64,000 bases of DNA, taken from Opitutia bacterium. Its GTDB lineage: Bacteria > Verrucomicrobiota > Verrucomicrobiia > Opitutales > Opitutaceae. Position numbers and translations under genes: made by a program. The stretch lies in NCBI GenBank assembly GCA_947478395.1, contig CANJVR010000002.1, forward strand, positions 512,001-576,000, in the 5' to 3' direction. Under the pieces are notes generated by a model that searched no databases, was not told the DNA's origin, and saw only the letters and a program-made list of their open reading frames with translations. Positions 31,999 to 40,099 of this stretch are shown piece by piece; the stretch's first letter is position 1, and every line of letters starts with the position of its first letter.

Positions 31999-32113
31999 TA
32001 AAGTCGAACGAAAGGCGCGCGGGCGCACCATGCCAAGGGTTTTGTGCGAACCGCGCGGGCCGGGTTGCATTTTTTTTCAAAAACCCAAATCGACCGCCAA
32101 TCGCTCTGGTCAT

Positions 32114-32141
32114 TTGACACGCTTGATTAGGCACCTAATCG
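32114..32141 (+). promoter_or_regulatory. Sigma70-like promoter with an overlapping 7-2-7 palindrome
   Basis: TTGACA at 32114, then TAATCG after a 16-bp spacer. GATTAGG-ca-CCTAATC lies at 32125-32140. Confidence 0.5.
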
Positions 32142-32164
32142 TCTCCTCCATCTAAACGTACGCG

Positions 32165-33364
32165 ATGCCTTACCATGAAGACCGTTCCGCCTGGTTCGAG
32201 GGCCAGGGCCTTTGGCCACACGTCCCCGCCAGCGACTGGAACGACTGGATCTGGCAGCTCAAAAACCGGCTGACCACAGCCGCTCAACTTGAGGAGCACA
32301 TGACGCTCACCGCGGACGAAAAAGCCGGGTGCCTATTCGCCAGCCAAAAACTGGCGCTGGCGATCACACCCTATTTTTTCAACCTGATCGACCGCGAGGA
32401 TCCGGATTGCCCGATTCGGAAGCAGGTTATTCCGCGCGCGGGCGAAGCCGTGATCAGCGAGGAGGAAATGCTGGATTCGCTGGGCGAGGACGAGCATTCA
32501 CCGGTCGCCGGATTGGTGCATCGTTATCCGGACCGCGTGCTATTTCTCGTGACGGATCGCTGCGCGGCGTATTGCCGCTATTGCACGCGGAGCAGGCTGG
32601 TTTCCAACGCGCAGGACTATAATTTTCATCCCGAATACGAGCAGGGTCTGCGTTACATTGAGCAGCATCCCGAAATTCGCGACGTGCTATTATCAGGCGG
32701 CGACCCCCTTTTGCTCTCGGATCGGAAACTCGATCATCTCCTGAGCCGCCTGCGGGCCATCAAGCACGTGGAGTTCATTCGCATCGGTTCGCGTATTCCG
32801 GTTTTTCTGCCGCAGCGCATCACGCCCGAATTGTGCGAGATTTTCAAACGGCACGGTCCGATTTGGATCAGCATTCACACCAACCACCCGAAGGAAGCTA
32901 CCGCGGCGCTAAGCGCCGCGTGTGAACGCCTCTCCTTCGCCGGCGTGCCGCTGGGGAACCAGAGCGTGTTGTTAAAGGGCATCAACGATGATCCCGAGGT
33001 GATGAAAGCGCTCGTGCATCGTCTGCTGCGCATGCGGGTCCGCCCTTACTACCTTTACCAGATGGACCTGATTACGGGCGGCAGCCACTTCAAGGTGGAT
33101 GTCCGCAAAGGGATCGAAATTATCCGCGCACTGCGGGGCCACACCACGGGCTACGCCGTGCCGCAGTTTGTCATCGATGCGCCCGGCGGCGGCGGCAAGG
33201 TGCCCATCAATCCAGACTACGTAGAAGAAATCACGGACGACGAAATCGTGTTTCGCAATTACGAGGGGGATGTTTTCCGCTACCCACTGAAGAGCACGCC
33301 ACGCAAAGAGCCCGTCGAGGCCGGACTGATTACGGTAAACGAACCAGGTTTCGCAGGTTTATAA
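32165..33364 (+). CDS. KamA family radical SAM protein (lysine 2,3-aminomutase-like)
   Basis: HRYPDR, CAAYCRYC, SGGDP, NQSVLLKGIND, PYYL, DAPGGGGK. Confidence 0.93.
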   Translation: MPYHEDRSAWFEGQGLWPHVPASDWNDWIWQLKNRLTTAAQLEEHMTLTADEKAGCLFASQKLALAITPYFFNLIDREDPDCPIRKQVIPRAGEAVISEEEMLDSLGEDEHSPVAGLVHRYPDRVLFLVTDRCAAYCRYCTRSRLVSNAQDYNFHPEYEQGLRYIEQHPEIRDVLLSGGDPLLLSDRKLDHLLSRLRAIKHVEFIRIGSRIPVFLPQRITPELCEIFKRHGPIWISIHTNHPKEATAALSAACERLSFAGVPLGNQSVLLKGINDDPEVMKALVHRLLRMRVRPYYLYQMDLITGGSHFKVDVRKGIEIIRALRGHTTGYAVPQFVIDAPGGGGKVPINPDYVEEITDDEIVFRNYEGDVFRYPLKSTPRKEPVEAGLITVNEPGFAGL

Positions 33365-33864
33365 AAGTTCAGCTCACACGCAGCGGAGGCCTGCGTTTAG
33401 CCGTCCCTGATCTCGTACTTCACCTGCGCGGCTTTCGTGTCGCATCCCTCGGAAAGAAGCACGACTCCCTCACCCAAAAGCTGCGCGGCTTCATGGCTAA
33501 GCCGCGGCGGTCGATCAGCGTCTTTGGCTGTAAATCAATCGGGTGCCCGAGCCTGAATCTGATGTGCGTTGTCCCGGTTTAATCGTTGTCGAGCCAAGCA
33601 CGTGCGCGGACGAGCGCAGCAAAGGCGATTCCGGCCGCGAAAAAAAGCGGCGGCGAGAAGCCAGAAAAAGTGACAACGCGCAGCGTTTGCCATAAAAATT
33701 TCGGCCCCGAAAAGATACCTGAGTTCGCCCGCACGTAGTCGGGGCGAACCGATCCAAAAAACCTTAATAACTGAAAGGCAGCGATTTACGCACAACGAAA
33801 TTTTCATCAAAAAAATCCTCTTTTTTTGAGCGTTTCAACGTACGCCGCATCTATCCCCGCGTAG

Positions 33865-33969
33865 TCAGCACTGTCCTTGGTAAGACAGTGATTGTTTGTA
33901 GTTATTACGGTTTGCTTGGTGTTAGGTCACAGAACCGCCTCTCTCACAGGAGGCGGTTTCTGTGTTTTT
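33865..33969 (+). ncRNA. Candidate small regulatory RNA
   Basis: 5' hairpin cactgtc/gacagtg, a G/U-rich single-stranded linker, then a strong terminator (33928-33969) with no CDS upstream to terminate. Confidence 0.55.
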
Positions 33970-34039
33970 AGAGCTAGGATACCCCTGCACCGAAAGAATA
34001 TCTTGCTTCGCGATCCGACCCCCGCTTTCACGACATTTG

Positions 34040-34140
34040 CCTGTAGGGGTGCCTTCCGCGGAAGGCTGAGATTGCGGTGCGAATCGACCGCTCGACCCTT
34101 CGAACCTGAACGGATCATGCCGACGAAGGAAACAGCAGGC
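34040..34140 (+). promoter_or_regulatory. TPP riboswitch
   Basis: Canonical elements AGGGGTGC..GCTGAGA..ACCCTT.GAACCTGA..GGATCATGCC..CG.AGGAA. Confidence 0.93.
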
Positions 34141-34190
34141 GCGGTCCGCGCCTTTTAATCAACAGAGGGCGCGGGCGGCGCCCCTTTTTT
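34138..34190 (+). terminator. Riboswitch expression-platform terminator
   Basis: Stem ccgcgccttt / agagggcgcgg followed by tttttt, before the receptor start. Confidence 0.6.
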
Positions 34191-34223
34191 CGGAGCTCCG
34201 TTTTGGGTTGGCAAACCAACACC

Positions 34224-36362
34224 ATGAAGCTCCCGCCACTCCTTATCGCCGTCGTCACGCTCGCCGCCCTCTCAGTGGCTCGAGGTCAGCCCGCTCCCGC
34301 GACGCCGCCCTCCTCCACCCCTGCGGCGCCCGTAAAACTCGCGCCCCTGCTTGTTACCGCCGATCTCTGGGCTTCGCCCCTCGCGAGCATTCCCGCCAGT
34401 GTGAGCGTATTTGACGAAGCGGCCTTGCGCGCCGGCGCGGTCCACCATTTTGGCGATCTCGTCGATCAAATCCCCAATCTCACCTGGACCGGCGGCACGT
34501 CGCGGCCGCGCTATCTTCAAATCCGCGGCATCGGTGAAAACTCCCAATACGAGGGCGAAACGCCGGACTCTTCCGTGCGCTTTCTGGTCGACGATTTCGA
34601 TTTCACCGGGCTCGGCACGCTCGGCAGCACGTTCGACGTCAGCCAGGTCGAGGTGCTGCGCGGGCCCCAAGCCGGCGCATTTGGCGCTAACGCCGCGGGC
34701 GGTATCGTTCGCCTCGTTACCCGCGCCCCCACCCCGTTCTGGACGGGGCAAGTCGAGACCAGCGTCGGCGAAGACGCCCTGCGCGAAGGTGGTTTCGCCC
34801 TCGGCGGCCCACTCATCGCCGCCCAACCCGAAAAATTTATGGCCCGCCTCGCCCTGTACCAGCATTCGAGCGCTGGTTTTCGTCACAACGTCACGCTCAA
34901 CCGTGCCACCAACGCGCGCGACGAATTCAACGCCCGCCTGCGCCTTACCGCCAATCCTGCGCCTGAATGGCACTGGGACGCTGCGCTGCTTTTTTCCGAT
35001 CTCAACAATGGCTTCGACGAATTCATGCTCGATAACAACGGTCGCCAAACCTTGAGCGACCAGCCCGGCCGCGACGAACAGCGTTCCCGCGCCGCCAGTC
35101 TGCGCGGCACCTATTCGGGCATCGCCGGGGCCCGTCTCACCACGGTCACCAGCGAGAGTTGGTCCAAGTCGATTTACAGCTACGACGACGACTGGACCGC
35201 TGCGTCCTACCACGGCTTCAGCGATCTTCATCGCGACCGCTCCGTGTTTAACCAAGAGCTGCGGCTCGATTCCACGCTGACCCGTGCCGCCCTCGGCTGG
35301 ATCGATCGTTGGACGCTGGGCTGCTACTATTCGAATACCGATGAAACCGGCGCGTACACCGACGAAGATCCGGACAATCTCCGCGGCCTCCGCACCCGCT
35401 ACCAGTCCGACAACTTCGCGCTTTTTGGTCAGGTCGGCCACGACTTCGACGCCCACACTCGCATCATTGTCGGCTTGCGCGCCGAGCGCATCGAGATCGC
35501 CGGCCGCGGCACGAAAACGCGCCTCCTCAAAACTCGCGGGACTTCCGATCCGATCGTCACGTTTTCGCCGGCCTTCGGCGACACATTGTTCGGCGGAAAA
35601 ATCACCCTCGAGCGCGACTTGAGCGAACATCAGGTCGCGTTCGCGTCGGTCACGCGCGGCTACAAGGGCGGCGGGATCAACGTCGACGCTCGCATCAGCC
35701 CGCCGTCCGATCCCCTCACCTACGACACCGAGTATCTTTGGAACTACGAAACGGGCCTGCGCGGCCGCTGGCTCGATCAACGGCTCGTCGGTGAATTCAC
35801 CGCGTTCTATCTCGACCGGAATGCAACGCAGGTGCGCGATTCCGCTGGGTTCGGCGGCAGCTATCGTTTTTTCACCGCCAACTCCCATGGCGCCTACGTG
35901 TACGGCTTGGAATCCTCCGCAACCTACACGTTGACCGATCGGTGGGCCTTTAACGGATCGCTCGCGCGCTCGGAGTCTCACCTCGATCCCTTCACTCTGG
36001 ACAACGGCAGCGTCGGAGGTGGCCGCCGCCTCGCAAATACCCCGCGCTACGGCTATACCGTCGGCACGCGCTATCGTGATGCCGCCGGTTTTTCCGGTAA
36101 TCTTGAGCTCGTCGGGCGCGCGAGCCAGCTGGACTCCAACAACCAGAACGAAGCCCGACGGGCATTCCGCGTCGTCAACGCCAGCGTCGGTTTCCTCTGG
36201 CGGGAGTGGACATTCACGCTCTGGGGCCGGAATGTTTTTAACCAACGCTACGAAAAACGGGTCTTCTTTTTCGGCAACGCAGACCCGGACTACGCCGAAA
36301 CGCGCTATGAAGATCGGGCGGACCCCCGCCAGCTCGGCGTCAGTGCCGCGTATCGATTCTGA
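34224..36362 (+). CDS. TonB-dependent receptor, probably thiamine or precursor uptake
   Basis: Signal peptide, plug (QIRGIG, VEVLRGPQ..FGANAAGG) and C-terminal YRF. Downstream of the TPP riboswitch. Confidence 0.9.
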   Translation: MKLPPLLIAVVTLAALSVARGQPAPATPPSSTPAAPVKLAPLLVTADLWASPLASIPASVSVFDEAALRAGAVHHFGDLVDQIPNLTWTGGTSRPRYLQIRGIGENSQYEGETPDSSVRFLVDDFDFTGLGTLGSTFDVSQVEVLRGPQAGAFGANAAGGIVRLVTRAPTPFWTGQVETSVGEDALREGGFALGGPLIAAQPEKFMARLALYQHSSAGFRHNVTLNRATNARDEFNARLRLTANPAPEWHWDAALLFSDLNNGFDEFMLDNNGRQTLSDQPGRDEQRSRAASLRGTYSGIAGARLTTVTSESWSKSIYSYDDDWTAASYHGFSDLHRDRSVFNQELRLDSTLTRAALGWIDRWTLGCYYSNTDETGAYTDEDPDNLRGLRTRYQSDNFALFGQVGHDFDAHTRIIVGLRAERIEIAGRGTKTRLLKTRGTSDPIVTFSPAFGDTLFGGKITLERDLSEHQVAFASVTRGYKGGGINVDARISPPSDPLTYDTEYLWNYETGLRGRWLDQRLVGEFTAFYLDRNATQVRDSAGFGGSYRFFTANSHGAYVYGLESSATYTLTDRWAFNGSLARSESHLDPFTLDNGSVGGGRRLANTPRYGYTVGTRYRDAAGFSGNLELVGRASQLDSNNQNEARRAFRVVNASVGFLWREWTFTLWGRNVFNQRYEKRVFFFGNADPDYAETRYEDRADPRQLGVSAAYRF

Positions 36363-36527
36363 AGCGGGCGAGGCCGGACGCATCATCTCTAACGCGCCGA
36401 TCCGCGCCAAAGATCTGGCAACGAATTCGGAACCCGACGTCGCATGGAGAATAACGCGCCTTACCTCGGTCATGTTTTTTCCGTGTCTTCCGTTCGGCCG
36501 GTCGCCAAGTTTGGCGCTCCTCATTTC

Positions 36528-37388
36528 ATGCGCTTCCACAAATATCACGCCCTCGGCAACGACTACATCGTCCTCGATCCCCGCGATTTTCCTTCGTGGC
36601 AACCCGCGCCGACGGTAGAGCAGATCCGCGTCGTCTGCCACCGCAACTTCGGCGTGGGCTCCGATGGTATTCTCTGGGGTCCGCTGCCTTCGCAGAAAAG
36701 TGAATTCGGCCTGCGCATTTTCAATCCCGACGGCTCCGAGGCGGAAAAATCGGGCAACGGCCTCCGCATTTTTTCCCGTTACCTCTGGGATCAGAAACTC
36801 GTTAAAAGCCCCACGTTCACCGTCGAAACTCCCGGCGGACAGGTGCAGGTCGTGATCAAAGACAACGGACAGCTCCTCACAATCGCGATGGGCTCCGTCA
36901 GTTTCGACAGCACCAAGATTCCCGTGGTTCTCACCGGCGCGCCGCGCGAAGTGATCAACGAAAAAATCTCCGTGCTCGACCGTGAGTTCACCTACTGCGC
37001 CGCCACCATCGGCAATCCGCACTGCGTGATCCCCCTGCCCACCGTGACGTCCGAACTCGCGCACAAATACGGACCGCACCTCGAAACCCATCCCAACTTC
37101 CCGCGCAAAACCAACGTGCAGTTTCTCCAAGTGCTAGATCGCGCAAATATCCGCATCGAGATCTGGGAGCGCGGCGCCGGTTATACGCTCGCGTCCGGCA
37201 GCAGCAGCAGCGCCAGCGCGGCCGTCGCGCACCGGCTGGGACTCGTCGATCGCAACGTCACGGTCCACATGCCCGGCGGGCAGATCGGCATCGAGATCGG
37301 CGAAAACTTTTCGATCATGATGACCGGGACCGTGAACAAGGTTGCCGACGGGACCATGCACCCGGAGCTGTTCGCGGTGAAGGTCTAA
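36528..37388 (+). CDS. dapF: Diaminopimelate epimerase, Ser/Ser active-site variant
   Basis: KYHALGND, GVGSDG, NPDGSEAEKSGNG, GNPH, NVQF, WERGAGYTLASGS, PGG. Confidence 0.88.
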   Translation: MRFHKYHALGNDYIVLDPRDFPSWQPAPTVEQIRVVCHRNFGVGSDGILWGPLPSQKSEFGLRIFNPDGSEAEKSGNGLRIFSRYLWDQKLVKSPTFTVETPGGQVQVVIKDNGQLLTIAMGSVSFDSTKIPVVLTGAPREVINEKISVLDREFTYCAATIGNPHCVIPLPTVTSELAHKYGPHLETHPNFPRKTNVQFLQVLDRANIRIEIWERGAGYTLASGSSSSASAAVAHRLGLVDRNVTVHMPGGQIGIEIGENFSIMMTGTVNKVADGTMHPELFAVKV

Positions 37389-37533
37389 TCGCGAATTAGC
37401 CCGAGAGCGGTGGCATCAATGCCACTGACACGAATACCCGTTGCCGATTTCCAGCGATCGGGCCAGCGTGCACCGCTGTGATGAGCCTCTCCGCCGACGT
37501 TGCCCCCGTCGCATTACCGCTTTCCTGCTTCCG

Positions 37534-37980
37534 ATGAGTGCATCGCTTTCACCGTTGCGCCTCCCGTTGCCTTTGATGGCGGCTCTAAGCCTTGCGATCA
37601 TCGCGAGGCTTAGAGCCGGAATGTCGTTTCCCGTTTGGCCGGAAGGGCGGCGCAACCCCGAGCTTTTCCACCGTTTTGCCATGCCTTTGTTCCTTCTGCT
37701 AATGCTGCATGAAGATCCCGCCCATGCTTTCCCGCGTTACCTTTTAGCCGCAGCCGAGGTTCGCTTTCTGGGCGCGACGCTGACCACGTTAAGGCTGCTC
37801 GAGCTGGGCGCAGCGGGACTTTACGCGGCCGCAGTCGGCTGGTCTCATACTCTGGTCGCATTCTTACCAAGCATCTCGCTGGTCAGTTTTCTCAGCGCCA
37901 GCACCACCGCGTGGCGCGAGATATCCTCCGCATCTTTCCTCCAGCAATTTTTTTTCCGGCTCCAACCACGGGCCCTTTAA
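37534..37980 (+). CDS. Possible hydrophobic hypothetical protein
   Basis: Leu/Ala-rich ORF filling the gap after dapF. No family recognised and the start is uncertain. Confidence 0.3.
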   Translation: MSASLSPLRLPLPLMAALSLAIIARLRAGMSFPVWPEGRRNPELFHRFAMPLFLLLMLHEDPAHAFPRYLLAAAEVRFLGATLTTLRLLELGAAGLYAAAVGWSHTLVAFLPSISLVSFLSASTTAWREISSASFLQQFFFRLQPRAL

Positions 37981-37985
37981 TCCTT

Positions 37986-38078
37986 ATGCCCTTTCCCGTG
38001 ACTGCGCGCGAGAGATACGCCCTCGTTGTGCTAGCAACGATCATCATACTCGGACTAATCGGGCTGGCCGTGCTTTAG
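37986..38078 (+). CDS. 30-aa single-TM microprotein (not in ORF track)
   Basis: ATG..TAG translating to MPFPVTARERYALVVLATIIILGLIGLAVL. Confidence 0.6.
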   Translation: MPFPVTARERYALVVLATIIILGLIGLAVL

Positions 38079-38147
38079 GAACGAAGAAAACGCAACCGTT
38101 GAACCCGCTTTCCTCCGTAAATTTACCATCGCCGGGACCCAGTCCTT

Positions 38148-38174
38148 TGCATCCTCTCTACGCCGCCACGCGTA
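38148..38174 (+). promoter_or_regulatory. Candidate ECF (SigK-like) autoregulatory promoter
   Basis: TGCATCC-N16-CGTA upstream of the ECF sigma gene. A second GCAACC-N18-CGTA lies at 38092-38119. Confidence 0.5.
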
Positions 38175-38276
38175 TGATGAAAGCGCCCAATGTTCAATCT
38201 GCCGACCTACTCAATCTCAGCCTACGCGGCTTTGGTAGCGTTGCCGAGAACGACGCGTCCCGCGAAGCCTGAGCGA

Positions 38277-38876
38277 ATGAAGGCGCCCGTGAATCAGCCG
38301 GAAAATCCGGAGCAAAGGCATCAAGCCGACGCCGAACTGCTGAAGCGAGTCGCCGCCGCCGATCGCTCCGCATTCAGTGAACTTTACGATCGTTTTTCAC
38401 GACCGCTTTACGCCACCGCTGTCCACATCCTGCGGGATCCGGCCGAAGCTCAGGATGTCGTGCACGATGCTTTTATTACGCTCTGGGAAAAAGCCCCATC
38501 GTTCGAATCCACTCGCGGCACCGCATTTTCCTGGGCGGTCACCCTGACTCGTAACCGGGCCATTGATCGGCTCCGGTCCCGGCGTCGCCGGGCGGCATTG
38601 CTGGAAGGATCCGCGCCTTCGGATCTCGGGCTTGACGAAAACTCCTCCGGACCTTCGGCCGATACCGCGGCCGACTCCAACGATCAGGCGTGCGTCGTGC
38701 GCGCCGCCGTCGCAGCCCTCCCTTTAGAACAACAAAACGCGGTACAACTGGCTTTCTTCGGCGGGCTAACCCAGGAAGAAATCGCCGCCCGCCTCCAGGC
38801 CCCGCTCGGCACCATCAAAGCTCGCATCCGGCGCGGTCTGCTGAAGCTCCGCGAACAGCTCGTGCTCCGCCGATGA
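38277..38876 (+). CDS. ECF sigma-70 factor (SigK-like)
   Basis: AFSELYD, AQDVV, RNRAIDRLR, LAFFGGLTQEEIA..PLGTIKARIRRG. Confidence 0.93.
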   Translation: MKAPVNQPENPEQRHQADAELLKRVAAADRSAFSELYDRFSRPLYATAVHILRDPAEAQDVVHDAFITLWEKAPSFESTRGTAFSWAVTLTRNRAIDRLRSRRRRAALLEGSAPSDLGLDENSSGPSADTAADSNDQACVVRAAVAALPLEQQNAVQLAFFGGLTQEEIAARLQAPLGTIKARIRRGLLKLREQLVLRR

Positions 38877-39931
38877 ATCACGAACGCCACGAAGACCTCG
38901 CCGCCCTCGCCGCCCTCGACCTCCTGTCCGCCAACGAACAGGCCGAGTTAAACGCCGCCGTCGCCGTCGACCCGTCACTGCAGGGCCTGATCGATTCGCT
39001 GCGTTCCGCCGCCGCCGAACTCGCACGTATCGCTCCCGCGGTCGAGCCGCCCGCCGCCCTTAAAGCCCGGATCCTGGCCCATATTGCCGTGCTCCCCGCC
39101 ACCGCCCGGGAAACACCCCAACTCCAGACGCAAATTCTCGAGTTCAAAAAGCCCAAACCGAAAACGCCAAATTCAAAATTACCCGCCTGGGTCGGCTGGG
39201 CCGCGGCCGCTTGCCTCGCGCTCACGAGCGCATGGCTGGGCCAAAGCCTGCTGACGGCGCAAAAGGCCGACGCTTCACTTCACGATCAACAGACCCTGGC
39301 CGATCTCGAATTACATAGCGCCCAAAACCAGCTCGAGGCCGAGCGTCTCATTGCCCGGCGCGAACTCGCCGACGCCACCGCCCGAGCCACGGCGGCCACC
39401 AGCAATCTCTCGGCGCTTCAGGCAAGGGTCGATACTGCAACCGCAGCGTCGACCGATCTTGCCACACGGTTGAATCTCACCCGCACGGAAATCGAGACGA
39501 CGCGTTTGCAGGTCGCCCAGCTTCGCGCGGGCCTCGCGTCCCGCGAAGCGCAGATCGCCGCGCTCGACCGTCAGCTCAAGGAGCAAGGCGATCTCGCCAC
39601 TTACAAAATCGCCAGCCTCGTCTCAATTGCCGGCAACACTCCGGAGGCCCTAGCAGTCGCGGTTTGGAATCCGGCTAACCAACAAGGTGTCCTCTCCGTC
39701 CAAAAACTTCCCGCGCTAACAGCCAATAGCTATTACGAGCTCTGGCTGATCGACCCCCAATACGCATCACCCGTCAGCGGCGGGGTCTTCACCGTCGATC
39801 CGGCGACCGGGGCCAGCCAAGTTCATTTTCATCCCGCCAAGCCCGTCAAGACGGCCGCCAAGTTCGCCATCACCCTCGAACGTAAAGACGGCTCTGCCCA
39901 GCCAAGCACTTTGTTGTTTGTGAGTGAATAG
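38873..39931 (+). CDS. Anti-sigma factor (RskA-like) with long coiled coil
   Basis: ATGA overlap with the sigma gene. N-terminal ASD (PPAALKARIL), TM helix (WAAAACLAL) and C-terminal YELWLI..FAITLE. Confidence 0.88.
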   Translation: MNHERHEDLAALAALDLLSANEQAELNAAVAVDPSLQGLIDSLRSAAAELARIAPAVEPPAALKARILAHIAVLPATARETPQLQTQILEFKKPKPKTPNSKLPAWVGWAAAACLALTSAWLGQSLLTAQKADASLHDQQTLADLELHSAQNQLEAERLIARRELADATARATAATSNLSALQARVDTATAASTDLATRLNLTRTEIETTRLQVAQLRAGLASREAQIAALDRQLKEQGDLATYKIASLVSIAGNTPEALAVAVWNPANQQGVLSVQKLPALTANSYYELWLIDPQYASPVSGGVFTVDPATGASQVHFHPAKPVKTAAKFAITLERKDGSAQPSTLLFVSE

Positions 39932-39960
39932 ACGCGGCGCACCGGGACACGGGCGCCGGC

Positions 39961-40036
39961 GTTTGGTGTTCAGCGTTTGGAGTTTCGGTTGAGGAGGCGG
40001 CAACTCCAGACGTTGAACTCGAAACTATAAACTTCC
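39961..40036. repeat. Inverted heptamer tandem repeats
   Basis: gtttggt gttcagc gtttgga gtttcgg facing aactcca gacgttg aactcga aactata aacttcc; a 20/24-bp hairpin. Confidence 0.6.
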
Positions 40037-40099
40037 GGGACCGCGAACCGGGAATTGAAACTTGCCCCGACCCCGCCCGCGGCAAACGATTTCAACCCT

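Noticed and set aside
33515..33810. Short minus-strand ORFs downstream of the kamA-family gene
   Set aside because: Atypical composition and no recognisable motifs; more consistent with non-coding regulatory DNA.
34272..37130. 952-aa minus-strand ORF
   Set aside because: Antisense shadow of the TonB receptor and dapF, typical of high-GC codon bias; no domain motifs.
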